The notes beneath the pieces are model-generated. The model was not told the DNA's origin. It saw only the letters and a list, made by a program, of their open reading frames with translations, and made no database searches. Shown here piece after piece: positions 32,285 to 41,953 of a DNA stretch of 64,000 nt; positions within the stretch are counted from its first letter, which is position 1, and every line of letters begins with the position of its first letter. Source of the DNA: an uncultured Clostridium sp. (GTDB lineage Bacteria > Bacillota > Clostridia > TANB77 > CAG-508); contig CAMCQH010000002.1 of the NCBI GenBank assembly GCA_945877035.1, positions 29,197 through 93,196 of the forward strand. Reading direction: 5' to 3'. A program made the translations under genes and the position numbers.

Positions 32285-33163
32285 TTATATTAACTTATTA
32301 ATCCAATTACCTATTTTTTCCCTAGTGATATTTAGATTTCCTTGTCCATTTCCTAATTGTATATTAGGCTTATTAGTTCCATGAAAATCAGTTCCACCTG
32401 AAATATATAAATTATATTTTCTAGTTAGTTCAATTAGGTTATCTGTTTGTTCTTGTGTAAATAATGAGTAATAACATTCTAATCCATCTATATTATATTT
32501 ATTTATAAAATTTTCAATTACATCTAATATATTTTCAATATGATATATGTAAGGATGTGCTAAAAATGCAATTCCTCCTGCTTTATGTATTAAATCTATA
32601 ATTATATTAGGTTCTAAGTAATCTTTTGTTTCATCTATAAAAAATATACTATTATTATTACTTTGTGCATCCCTATAAAAATTAGTTTCAATTTTTACAT
32701 TATTCTCAAACAATATTTTTTCATTTTCTTTGTATTTTTTTATTTCTTTTTCAAATATTGCTGAAGCATATACATTTTCTATAGGATTAATACTTATATT
32801 TTCATCAAATTTTAATCCTATATTTTTACCAACCTTTTTTAAATATTCCAAATATTTTATTTGTTTTTCTACTCCACTATGAAGATTTAAAAATTCTTCT
32901 ATAGTTGATGTTTCAAATCCATATCCTAATATTTCTATTGGTAATTTATATTCAGGAAATACACATTTAAATTCACAACCTGTTATAATGTTCCCTTTAT
33001 ATATTTTCTTTGCATCTATATTATTTAATTCATTATATGCTTTTACACAATCGTGGTCAGTTATAGAAATTATCTCCATCTTTTTATTTTGTGCTTCTTC
33101 TAATATTTCTTTTAATGAATAACTGCCATCTGAATAAGTAGTATGTATATGTAAATCTATCAC
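32285..33163 (-). CDS. PHP-domain phosphoesterase
   Basis: MIDLHIHTTYSDGSYS…ISITDHD PHP metal-binding motifs. Confidence 0.75.
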   Translation of the reverse strand: MIDLHIHTTYSDGSYSLKEILEEAQNKKMEIISITDHDCVKAYNELNNIDAKKIYKGNIITGCEFKCVFPEYKLPIEILGYGFETSTIEEFLNLHSGVEKQIKYLEYLKKVGKNIGLKFDENISINPIENVYASAIFEKEIKKYKENEKILFENNVKIETNFYRDAQSNNNSIFFIDETKDYLEPNIIIDLIHKAGGIAFLAHPYIYHIENILDVIENFINKYNIDGLECYYSLFTQEQTDNLIELTRKYNLYISGGTDFHGTNKPNIQLGNGQGNLNITREKIGNWINKLI

Positions 33164-33174
33164 TTTCTACTCTC

Positions 33175-33843
33175 CTAAAATTCTTCTATTGATAATTTAG
33201 CATAATAATCAGGGTTAAATTCCTCATCATATGGTACATCATCAAATATTTCTGGCATTTGTTCTTTAAAATATTTTAACAATGGAATCATAACTTGTCT
33301 AATTGATGGATGAACATGATTATTTGCTCTTAAACTAAATATATGTTTCCACTCTCTAATATTTGCTGTCATTGTATATTCTCCCGCTGTAGAATGAGGT
33401 AATAATTCTCTACACATATCAGTTGTAGCTCCTAATTCTTTCATTTTCATATATCCTTTTTCTATTTCTTGCATTGTGTTTTTCCATGTTTGGTACATTT
33501 CTTTATCTTCTATATATATAGGATTCATGAATGCAATTTCATTACCATATTTATCTTTATCATAACTACAATATCTAGTTGATTCTACTGCAAAGCTTGC
33601 AAATCTATGTCTAGTTAAATCTTTATATGAACCAACATCACTATAAATTCTAACCGTTACTTTCTCATGTTCTAATACTGATTCATGCCCTCTTGTAAGG
33701 CAATTTTTTATTAAATTTTTATAACTATCTTCTGTAATTTTTCCTTCAGAACGATAACATGTTCTACATGCTCTTTCTATCCTTTTCATTATTTCTTTAC
33801 CATCGAATTTTTCAACTTTTACCCATGGTTCTACAATTCTCAT
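33175..33843 (-). CDS. thyX: flavin-dependent thymidylate synthase ThyX
   Basis: ThyX RHR-x7-S motif (TRHRFASFAVES). Confidence 0.88.
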   Translation of the reverse strand: MRIVEPWVKVEKFDGKEIMKRIERACRTCYRSEGKITEDSYKNLIKNCLTRGHESVLEHEKVTVRIYSDVGSYKDLTRHRFASFAVESTRYCSYDKDKYGNEIAFMNPIYIEDKEMYQTWKNTMQEIEKGYMKMKELGATTDMCRELLPHSTAGEYTMTANIREWKHIFSLRANNHVHPSIRQVMIPLLKYFKEQMPEIFDDVPYDEEFNPDYYAKLSIEEF

Positions 33844-33964
33844 AATAATTCCTCCTATAATTTATAATTCAAAAGAATTATATCATATTGATTTACATTT
33901 TTCTACATTTTTATATATTTTTTTATTGCAATATACATTTTATTTTCTTTTAAAATTTGCAATC

Positions 33965-34846
33965 TTACTTAACTTCCCACTTTGGCACATATTCCTCTTC
34001 ATGTTCTCCAAGTTCCTGAATATAACCATTTTCTAGATTTAATCTATACAAATAACTTTCAATTTCATCATATTCTTCTTTTGTAAGCTTTCTATTAATA
34101 TCTTCTATTTCTTTTGCCTTATATGTAGGAAAATACTGAACCATAACACTTACATAAACATCATTCATATTATCATTAATCCATTTTAAAACTTTTCTTG
34201 AATTCAAAATATGATTTGGTAAAACTAGATGTCTGATAATCATACCTTTTTGCATAATTCCATCTTCATTAAAAACAGGTTGTCCAACTTGCCTGTGCAT
34301 TTCTTTTATTGCATTTGTTGCAATTTCAAAATAATTGTCCACTTTTGATAAACGTTTTGCCAATACATCATCTGAATATTTTAAATCTGGTAAATATATA
34401 TCTATGTAGCCCTCTAACATCTTCAAAGTTTCCACTTTTTCATATCCATTTGTATTATAAACTATTGGTATATTAAGTCCATTTTTTCTTGCAATTTTTA
34501 TTGCTTCAATTATTTGTAGCACATAACTTGTTGGTGTTACTAAATTTATATTTTCAACATCTTTTTCTTGTTGTTTTATAAATATTTCTGCTAATTCTTG
34601 TATTGAAATTTCTTTACCTTTTCCCTGTTGACTTATTTCATAATTTTGGCAAAATACACAATTCATGTTACAATTTGAAAAAAAGACTGTTCCAGAGCCT
34701 TTTTTTCCACTTATACATGGTTCTTCAAAATTATGTGTTGAATATAATGCTATTTTTACTGTATCTTTTGATTTACATCTTCCTACTTGTCCATCTAACC
34801 TATTGCCCCCACAATTATGAGGACAAATTGTGCATTTTTCTAACAT
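33965..34846 (-). CDS. radical SAM enzyme, PflX / glycyl-radical-activase-like
   Basis: N-terminal Cys cluster (CTICPHNCGGNRLDGQVGRC) followed by CNMNCVFC radical-SAM motif. Confidence 0.7.
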   Translation of the reverse strand: MLEKCTICPHNCGGNRLDGQVGRCKSKDTVKIALYSTHNFEEPCISGKKGSGTVFFSNCNMNCVFCQNYEISQQGKGKEISIQELAEIFIKQQEKDVENINLVTPTSYVLQIIEAIKIARKNGLNIPIVYNTNGYEKVETLKMLEGYIDIYLPDLKYSDDVLAKRLSKVDNYFEIATNAIKEMHRQVGQPVFNEDGIMQKGMIIRHLVLPNHILNSRKVLKWINDNMNDVYVSVMVQYFPTYKAKEIEDINRKLTKEEYDEIESYLYRLNLENGYIQELGEHEEEYVPKWEVK

Positions 34847-35542
34847 TTATTGCTCCACACTTTCTACAAATAATTTTTCTTCTTTGTCTTTAATTATTTT
34901 TACTTTTTTTGTAGTAAATTTATCTATATTTTCTTTTACAACTTCAATTGCTCTTGTTTCACTTTCATTACTTTTAATTGTTGCAACTGTTTCTTGGTTT
35001 AAATTTTTTATATAGATATCATAAACCTCAGTTTCATCTTCTAATCCCATTGCATTTTCATAATCTTCTAAATATTCCACTATTTCTACTTCATAACCAT
35101 CTTTAGTTTTATTTATTTCCTTGATATAGAACATGTCATCTTGTGTATCTAAGCCAATTCCTGTTGTTATATATTTATCTAAATCTTCATTATAATATAT
35201 ATATTCAGAGCCTTCTTTAGGAAACTGTTTTGTAAAATCATTTCCAAATATTTCAATTGCTTTTTCTTGGATTTCATCATATGATAATTCGTAATTTTCT
35301 AAATTTTTCTTTACGACTTCCCATACCCACAAATCTGGTGCATTATTAATATTATCAAATTTTGGTAATGCTTCTTCAGTTATTTCTTGCCACATATATA
35401 TTTGAGATATATAGTCTTCAATTTTTTGCACCTCTGAAACAGTTATATTATTTTGATTTATATTATTCTTATATATAAACGTTCCAATAAAAATTACTAA
35501 TAATATACATATTATTGCTAGCAGTTTTTTCATCGGCTCCAT
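34847..35542 (-). CDS. membrane-anchored/secreted acidic hypothetical protein, co-operonic with the ftsZ-like gene
   Basis: N-terminal TM or signal (KKLLAIICILLVIFIGTFIY); starts 8 nt after the FtsZ-like stop. Confidence 0.45.
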   Translation of the reverse strand: MEPMKKLLAIICILLVIFIGTFIYKNNINQNNITVSEVQKIEDYISQIYMWQEITEEALPKFDNINNAPDLWVWEVVKKNLENYELSYDEIQEKAIEIFGNDFTKQFPKEGSEYIYYNEDLDKYITTGIGLDTQDDMFYIKEINKTKDGYEVEIVEYLEDYENAMGLEDETEVYDIYIKNLNQETVATIKSNESETRAIEVVKENIDKFTTKKVKIIKDKEEKLFVESVEQ

Positions 35543-35550
35543 CTCCTAGA

Positions 35551-36519
35551 TTATTGTTTAATCTCTGCTTTTTCCTCTACACCTGTTGCAATTACAGTTA
35601 CTTGTACTTCATCTCCCATATTTTCATCAATTACAGTTCCAAATATGATGTTTGCATCTTCACTTACTTTTTCATTAATGATAGTAACTGCACTGTTTAT
35701 TTCCATAAGTCCTAATTCATTATTCCCTTTAACATTGAATATTACACCTTTTGCACCGTCTATTTTGCTTTCTGTTAATGGATTTTCTATTGCTTGTCTT
35801 ACCGCTACTTCTACTTTCTTCTCTCCTGATGCTTTTCCTATTCCCATATAGGCTTTTCCTCTATAGTTTATTGTTGTCTTAATGTCTGCAAAATCTATAT
35901 TAACTTCACCTACTGATGTTAATAAATCTGTTATACCTGTGATTCCTTGCTCTAAAATATTATCTGCTAATGAAAATGCATTGTTTAATGTTACTTTTGA
36001 ATCTGTTATTTTTAAAAGACTATCATTTAAAACAACTATTAAATCATCAACATTATTTTTTAATCTTTCTATTCCTTTTTCAGCTCTTAGTTTTCTTGCT
36101 TTCCCTTCAAATGCAAATGGTTTTGTTACTATTCCAATTGTTAATATTCCCATTTCTTTTGCAATTTCTGCTACAATTGGTGCAGCACCTGTTCCAGTTC
36201 CTCCACCCATTCCAGCTGTTATGAATACTAAGTCTGCCCCTCTTAATATATCTTTTATTTCTTCTTTATTTTCTATTGCAGCTCTTTCTCCTATAATTTC
36301 ATTAGCTCCTGCTCCTAGTCCTCTTGTTGTTTGTACTCCTATTTGTAGAGTATTACTTGTTCTTGCTCTTTTTAGTATTCCTGTTTCTGTATTTATCATA
36401 TAGAATGATACTCCTTGTACATTGTCTTCTATCATTCTTGTTATTGCATTATTTCCTGCTCCACCTACTCCTATTACTTTTATTTTTAGTATTTTGTCTA
36501 AATCTCTAATATCGCTCAT
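35551..36519 (-). CDS. FtsZ-family tubulin-like GTPase (322 aa) lacking the C-terminal linker and conserved tail peptide
   Basis: GGGTGTG G-box, T7 loop NIDFAD, full core; ends right after the core; not in a dcw context. Confidence 0.8.
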   Translation of the reverse strand: MSDIRDLDKILKIKVIGVGGAGNNAITRMIEDNVQGVSFYMINTETGILKRARTSNTLQIGVQTTRGLGAGANEIIGERAAIENKEEIKDILRGADLVFITAGMGGGTGTGAAPIVAEIAKEMGILTIGIVTKPFAFEGKARKLRAEKGIERLKNNVDDLIVVLNDSLLKITDSKVTLNNAFSLADNILEQGITGITDLLTSVGEVNIDFADIKTTINYRGKAYMGIGKASGEKKVEVAVRQAIENPLTESKIDGAKGVIFNVKGNNELGLMEINSAVTIINEKVSEDANIIFGTVIDENMGDEVQVTVIATGVEEKAEIKQ

Positions 36520-36556
36520 TATTCAACTTCCTCCTTGATTTGCTTTTTATTTTGCT

Positions 36557-36593
36557 TTGTTTCTTATTATATATAAAAAAAGTCAAAAATACA
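36557..36593. terminator. bidirectional hairpin AAGTCAAAAATACAACTATTTTTGGCTT flanked by A/T runs
   Basis: Seen in sequence. Confidence 0.45.
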
Positions 36594-36647
36594 ACTATTT
36601 TTGGCTTTTTTTAATTATTTTAATAAATTTATATCAACTTCTATAAC

Positions 36648-38129
36648 TTAAATATACAATGAGGCATTTTCTTTACTTCTATCTATATAATGAGTATGTA
36701 ATAATTCTTCGCTTAATTCGCTTAATGGTGAATTAAAATAATCTTTGTATATTTTTATTATATCAGGATTCTCATGAGAAAATCTTATTTTTTGGTTGTC
36801 ATCACGTTTATACAAATTAGCAATCCTATTCTTTTTTATTTCATCTTCTTTCATTATATTAATTTTAGGTTGACCTCCGCCACCAATACATCCACCAGTG
36901 CAATTCATAATTTCAATATAATGATATTTTGAAGTACCATTTTTTACGTCTTCTAATACTTTTTTAGCATTGCTTATGCCATCAATAATTGCTACTTTTA
37001 ATTCTAAATCTTCTATTTTTATAGTAGCTTCTCTTAAGCCATTATAGCCTCTTACACTATGGAATGATATATCTTTTGTTTCTAAATTATTACCTGTTAT
37101 TAAATAATATGCTGTTCTAAGAGCAGCTTCCATAACTCCACCTGTATTTCCAAATATAACTCCTGCTCCACTTCCTTCTCCTAAAATTGAGTCAAATGAA
37201 TCTTCTTTAATATCTTCATATTTTATATTTTTTTCATGGATATGTTCTTCTAATTCATAAAGTGTTAGAACTAAATCTGTTCCATTAATTTCTTCTCTAT
37301 TAATTTCATATTTTTTTGCTGTGCAAGGAGTAATTGCTACTGTAAAAATATCCTTCTTTTCTATGTTCTTGATTTTTGTAAAATAATTTTGAACAACCAT
37401 TCCCATCATGCCAATAGGACTTTTACAAGTAGAAATATTATCTAGTATTTCTGGATAAAATTGTTCTGCATATTTTACCCATGCAGGACAACAACTAGTA
37501 AACATTGGTAGCTTTCCATTATTTTTTATTCTGTGTACAAGTTCACTTGCTTCTTCCATAATTGTTAAATCTGCTGCAAAAGTAGTGTCTAGCACATAGT
37601 CAAATCCTAATTGTTTTAAAAAGCCTACTAATTTATTTTGTGTGAAGCTTCCACTTTCTAATCCAAATATATCTCCAAAGGCAACTCTTGTAGATGGTGA
37701 TGTATATGCTATTAAAATTTTTCCTTCTTTTTTGGCGTTTAATAATTTATTTATATCATTTTTAGGTGTTAATGCTTTAACAGGACAAGTTTGAACACAT
37801 TGTCCGCAATTAACACATAATTCGCTTTTTTCTTCGAAGTTCATGTCTTCTTTGTTTATACATGTAGTTTTGCACATACCGCAATTAATACATTTTTCGT
37901 TATTTCTAATAATTGCTACATTATTATTACTTATTTTTACTTTTATAGAGTTTTCTTCATTATTATCTATAGTTTCTTCTGATTCTTCTGTTTCTTCAAC
38001 TAATTCAAATAATGCTTTTGGAACTCCACATAATGGACATACCCAGTCTTCTGGTAAGTCTTCAAATTTAATTTTTTCTTTTGCTTCATCATATATGTGT
38101 CCACATATTTTACACTTATACTTTTTCAT
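36648..38129 (-). CDS. [FeFe] hydrogenase catalytic subunit with N-terminal rubredoxin domain and two [4Fe-4S] ferredoxin motifs
   Basis: Rubredoxin CKICG…CPLCG; ferredoxin CINCGMC/CVNCGQC; H-cluster motifs [32 protein letters not shown]. Confidence 0.85.
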   Translation of the reverse strand: MKKYKCKICGHIYDEAKEKIKFEDLPEDWVCPLCGVPKALFELVEETEESEETIDNNEENSIKVKISNNNVAIIRNNEKCINCGMCKTTCINKEDMNFEEKSELCVNCGQCVQTCPVKALTPKNDINKLLNAKKEGKILIAYTSPSTRVAFGDIFGLESGSFTQNKLVGFLKQLGFDYVLDTTFAADLTIMEEASELVHRIKNNGKLPMFTSCCPAWVKYAEQFYPEILDNISTCKSPIGMMGMVVQNYFTKIKNIEKKDIFTVAITPCTAKKYEINREEINGTDLVLTLYELEEHIHEKNIKYEDIKEDSFDSILGEGSGAGVIFGNTGGVMEAALRTAYYLITGNNLETKDISFHSVRGYNGLREATIKIEDLELKVAIIDGISNAKKVLEDVKNGTSKYHYIEIMNCTGGCIGGGGQPKINIMKEDEIKKNRIANLYKRDDNQKIRFSHENPDIIKIYKDYFNSPLSELSEELLHTHYIDRSKENASLYI

Positions 38130-38260
38130 TTTTACCTCCTAAATTACTTTTTCTATTACTATTGTATTCTCATATTAACATATTAAGAAATTAATTGTCA
38201 ATTTAAAATTTATTTTTTTAGGTACTTTTAAATAACTCTAATATTAATTGTTTTACCTCA

Positions 38261-38635
38261 CTATTTCAGCTTATATCCCAATTTACTATGAATTTCTTTA
38301 TGGCAATTTGAACATACTAAAATACATTTCTGTGCTTCTGCTTTATATTCTTTCCATGACATTGTATTTCCTGAGCCTAATTTAAATTCTTTTTCTTCTG
38401 GATTTTCATGATGAAATTCCAAGGCATCAACACATTTATTGTATCCACATATACTACATTTTCCACCTAGTAATTTTATTGCTTGCAATTTCATACTTCG
38501 CCTTAAAATCGTTTTTTGATGTTTTCTTGTATTATTATCTTTTCTAGTTGAATCTCCACTGCAATCATAGCAATAAATTCTTGTTGAACTGTTTGTTTCA
38601 AATGAATTATTACATATCTCACATATTTTTATCAT
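38261..38635 (-). CDS. HNH endonuclease-like zinc-finger protein (prophage left end)
   Basis: Multiple CxxC pairs, LEFHH and CSNCHKEIH. Confidence 0.6.
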   Translation of the reverse strand: MIKICEICNNSFETNSSTRIYCYDCSGDSTRKDNNTRKHQKTILRRSMKLQAIKLLGGKCSICGYNKCVDALEFHHENPEEKEFKLGSGNTMSWKEYKAEAQKCILVCSNCHKEIHSKLGYKLK

Positions 38636-38887
38636 ATACTTTCACATCCTTGATTAGTATTATATATGATTTTAATTGTAAAAACTAGCGAACATACAAA
38701 AAAATAACAGATAATTTCTTATCTGCTATTTATGGCTCCTCTTGTCTTATATTATTTTTATTATACATATTCAATATACATATATATGTTGTATGTGTAT
38801 TGTTTGTACCTATTACAAACCATATATTATATGTAGTATATAATCAATATATGTACAAATATCATTCCTACTGCATTAATTATTGCA

Positions 38888-39061
38888 TTATTTTTTTATT
38901 GTTTTCCTTACTAAAAAATCAAAATTGTTTTTCGTTATATATTGTAATGTATCTGCACTAAGTAAATTAAATCTTACTGCTAACTGGTTATATTGTTTCT
39001 TTGTTAATTTTATTCCTAAATCTTTTATCATTTGCAATGAATTTTCATATGCTTTATCCAT
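38888..39061 (-). CDS. small hypothetical phage protein (57 aa, below the track cutoff)
   Basis: ORF with GAGGTGA RBS; found by manual translation. Confidence 0.3.
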   Translation of the reverse strand: MDKAYENSLQMIKDLGIKLTKKQYNQLAVRFNLLSADTLQYITKNNFDFLVRKTIKK

Positions 39062-39288
39062 AATTCATCACCTCTATTGTCAGTATATCACATTATGTCG
39101 AATTTGTGTGTCGAATAGTGTCGAATAAAATAAATTATTTTTTTCTTGAAATTTAGCCAAAAGCCAAAGCTTCACAATCGTTTTTAAGCCGTTTTAATTT
39201 TAAATCCAAGTACTTATATACCTTGATTTTAAGCCATAAAACGCAAAAAAGAGGTAAATTGAAATTAATCAACTTACCTCTTAAAATT

Positions 39289-40050
39289 TTATTTACATCC
39301 ACCTTTCCAAAGTACATATCCACATTTATATCTATTTGTTCCATCTACTTTGTATCTTACTAAAGGTCTGTCATTATCTATTGATAAATATTCTGCTCTT
39401 TCTCTTGGGTTTAAACTTCCTATTTTATTTGTTAATCCAGTATCAGAATAAACTGGCTCTGGCGTACTGCCATTTTGATATACTCTTGCCATCTCTAAAT
39501 TACCTCCTACATCTTTTATTGGTTCTACGGGTTTTGTTTGAATATCTAAGTGTTCTCTAATTTTATTTAAGAATCTTGTCCATCCTAAATCTAAAGTTCT
39601 ATGTGGACAATATTTTCCGCTATAATCTTGATGTTTTGTTACTTTATCTATTCCCCAACCATATTGTTTTAATAAGTATGCTACATAACTTGCACATAAG
39701 TTTTCAGCTTCTTCAAATTGTTCTCCACCTGATTTTGAATAGCATATTTCTATATTTATTTTATTAGCATTTCCTTTTCCATATCTTCCATCTCCTGCAG
39801 CAAAACAACTTCTTTCAAATGGTAATCCTGTAACAACTCTATAATTATCAACTGCTACGTGGAATGATACTTTATCAGGTCTACCTAGCATATATGATAT
39901 CTCTGACATTGCAGAAGCATCATTTGCTGTATTATGTATTACTATTCCATCTTTATTTGTTATGTCTGGGCATTTAATTGAATATTTGTTTTCTGGACAT
40001 TTAACATTAGTTATCTGCATTGTCTTCACCTGCCTCGTATTCAGTTTCAA
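39289..40050 (-). CDS. phage endolysin, N-acetylmuramoyl-L-alanine amidase (amidase_2/PGRP fold)
   Basis: …VSFHVAVDNYRVV…INIEICYSKSGG…YCPH motifs. Confidence 0.8.
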   Translation of the reverse strand: MKLNTRQVKTMQITNVKCPENKYSIKCPDITNKDGIVIHNTANDASAMSEISYMLGRPDKVSFHVAVDNYRVVTGLPFERSCFAAGDGRYGKGNANKINIEICYSKSGGEQFEEAENLCASYVAYLLKQYGWGIDKVTKHQDYSGKYCPHRTLDLGWTRFLNKIREHLDIQTKPVEPIKDVGGNLEMARVYQNGSTPEPVYSDTGLTNKIGSLNPRERAEYLSIDNDRPLVRYKVDGTNRYKCGYVLWKGGCK

Positions 40051-40129
40051 ATGTATTTTCTTTTACATTCTTTTCATATAATTCTTGATTAAATTCTACT
40101 GTTTCTTCTATGATATTATCTTCCATAGA

Positions 40130-40480
40130 TTATTCCTCCTTGTTATTGTTTAATTTTTCTTTTAATTTATCTGGCATTTTAACTCCTAATTTATCACAGT
40201 TTTCTGCTAAACTAGATAATTCCATTAAGCATATGTAACCTACTGTGAAATATAATATTAGCTCTGTTCCTAGTGCAAATTTTGTTAATATTCCTATTAA
40301 AACATATACAAGTTCTCCAAATTTTTTTGATAAGCCTGTCCTCATTTTTGCACTTTTAAAATCATTATTTTTCCAAGCTATTACTATTCCTGTTAAAACA
40401 TCTATTACTATTAAAATCATTGGAGCTAATATAGCCCACCAAATATTTGTAAAATGTATATTTTGTATTATTTCTTCCAT
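40130..40480 (-). CDS. phage holin (two or three TM helices, charged C-terminus)
   Basis: Small membrane protein immediately upstream of the endolysin. Confidence 0.75.
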   Translation of the reverse strand: MEEIIQNIHFTNIWWAILAPMILIVIDVLTGIVIAWKNNDFKSAKMRTGLSKKFGELVYVLIGILTKFALGTELILYFTVGYICLMELSSLAENCDKLGVKMPDKLKEKLNNNKEE

Positions 40481-40577
40481 TATATTTCCTCACTTTCTGT
40501 TACTTTTTCTGTAACTGTTTCTACTAATCTTTCAATAAATTCTGTATTTTCCATTTTTATTTCCTTTCTTTTATTTT

Positions 40578-41348
40578 TTAATATATTAGGAAAGTCGGAC
40601 GAACACCACCAGGGTCAGAGGCGCTGCTGTCGCCCGCAGCGCCGTAGCCGCTCACACGCGCGAAACTCGACGCAGAAACGACATCTCTTAACCAGTACCA
40701 TTGTCTAGATCCACTATCGTTTAAAGCAACAGTCAAATCGTGTCTATGCCTAAATAATGATAATTGAGATTTATCTATTGTATAATTATTAGGTATATTG
40801 CTTCCATTTAAACAATTCTTGAATATGTTACTTCCATATACCATAGTTTCATTCATTAATTCTATTTCAGAATCATACCAAGATCCACCTCTTTCATAAC
40901 CATTACTTACAGCATTTTGTAGATGATTTCTATGTTTTAAAATATGACTTGTTTCAAAATCATTTTTTATTATAGTTTTAAATGGATTTAAATTATCTGT
41001 GTACATTGCACTTCCTGTATAAGCTCCAGTTGTAACATTGCTTGTATTCATTTGTGCTGTTCCCATTGTTCGCTCTGGTATCATTAAAACATGAGGCGTA
41101 GTACATTCAGTATTGCCACAATGTAATCTATAATTTAAATCTGCTACTAAATATTTTCTGCCACTTACTTTTCCAATTATGTAATCCCCAATAAATATAT
41201 CATCAAAAGTTCCTGCTGCAATTTGTTGTGATAAAGTTCCATCATAAAATAGATTTGTTATGTCCTTACCTCTGTATAAACTATTATGTGCACCTGCATT
41301 TTTAAAATCATTTTCCATTTGTTTTCTTTTGATACAATTTGGTATCAT
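40578..41348 (-). CDS. phage tail fibre / receptor-binding-like protein, paralog A (N-terminus MIPNCIKRKQ); the C-terminal 30 aa are encoded by a GC-rich foreign patch
   Basis: Shared N-terminus with paralog B; position between tail genes and holin. Confidence 0.5.
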   Translation of the reverse strand: MIPNCIKRKQMENDFKNAGAHNSLYRGKDITNLFYDGTLSQQIAAGTFDDIFIGDYIIGKVSGRKYLVADLNYRLHCGNTECTTPHVLMIPERTMGTAQMNTSNVTTGAYTGSAMYTDNLNPFKTIIKNDFETSHILKHRNHLQNAVSNGYERGGSWYDSEIELMNETMVYGSNIFKNCLNGSNIPNNYTIDKSQLSLFRHRHDLTVALNDSGSRQWYWLRDVVSASSFARVSGYGAAGDSSASDPGGVRPTFLIY

Positions 41349-41376
41349 ATTTATTTTTCAAGAGCTGTGAATGTAC

Positions 41377-41787
41377 CTATTTCCAACGACCTATTGCAAC
41401 CAAATTTATATATACTGTAATATTTGTTTCTAAATAATTTCTTACAAAAAAACATTTTCCAAAAGAGTTTTTTGATGTTGTATAAATTTTGGGAATTATT
41501 AACGCATATCCAGAACCTGCATTTTTTATATCTCCAGATGGATTTCCTAAAATTATAGGAAAATCAATAAATTCCGCTGGTGTTTCACCTAACTCATATT
41601 CAGAGGAAGAATATAAACCAGATGCCCAATTATTTTGTATTGCAACATTTTTTATTTCTGCTTGTTTATAACAAATCATTATTCCATCTGCAAATTTTAT
41701 TGCTGTTCCATTGCCGTTTGTTATTGTTTCTATCATTGAATTTACTTTATCTTCTAATTGCTTTTGTTTTATACACTTAGGTATCAT
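41377..41787 (-). CDS. phage tail fibre / receptor-binding-like protein, paralog B (N-terminus MIPKCIKQKQ)
   Basis: Paralogous N-terminus; start overlaps the stop of the upstream small ORF (ATGA). Confidence 0.5.
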   Translation of the reverse strand: MIPKCIKQKQLEDKVNSMIETITNGNGTAIKFADGIMICYKQAEIKNVAIQNNWASGLYSSSEYELGETPAEFIDFPIILGNPSGDIKNAGSGYALIIPKIYTTSKNSFGKCFFVRNYLETNITVYINLVAIGRWK

Positions 41788-41924
41788 TCACAATCACGAG
41801 GAAGTATTACTACATCTCTGTGCTCTCTACTTCCTCCTTTGCTCCATATTTTACTAAAGTATAGCTCTCTCTCTCTCTCTCTCTCTAGAGCGACAAGAGT
41901 TTTAAGGTTTGTACTATTTTTCAT
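41784..41924 (-). CDS. small ORF (46 aa) containing a (TC)11 repeat encoding ERERERE; strong GAGGAGG RBS; translationally coupled to paralog B
   Basis: Manually translated MKNSTNLKTLVALEREREREL…; stop TGA overlaps the downstream ATG. Confidence 0.45.
   Translation of the reverse strand: MKNSTNLKTLVALERERERELYFSKIWSKGGSREHRDVVILPRDCE
41866..41888. repeat. (TC)11-12 dinucleotide microsatellite
   Basis: ctctctctctctctctctctcta read directly from sequence. Confidence 0.95.
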
Positions 41925-41953
41925 ATTTTTTCCTCCTCTTTAAAATTTATATA

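Noticed and set aside
40594-40680. Diversity-generating retroelement variable region hypothesis for the GC-rich tail-fibre tip
   Set aside because: No reverse transcriptase and no template-repeat copy of the segment anywhere in the window.
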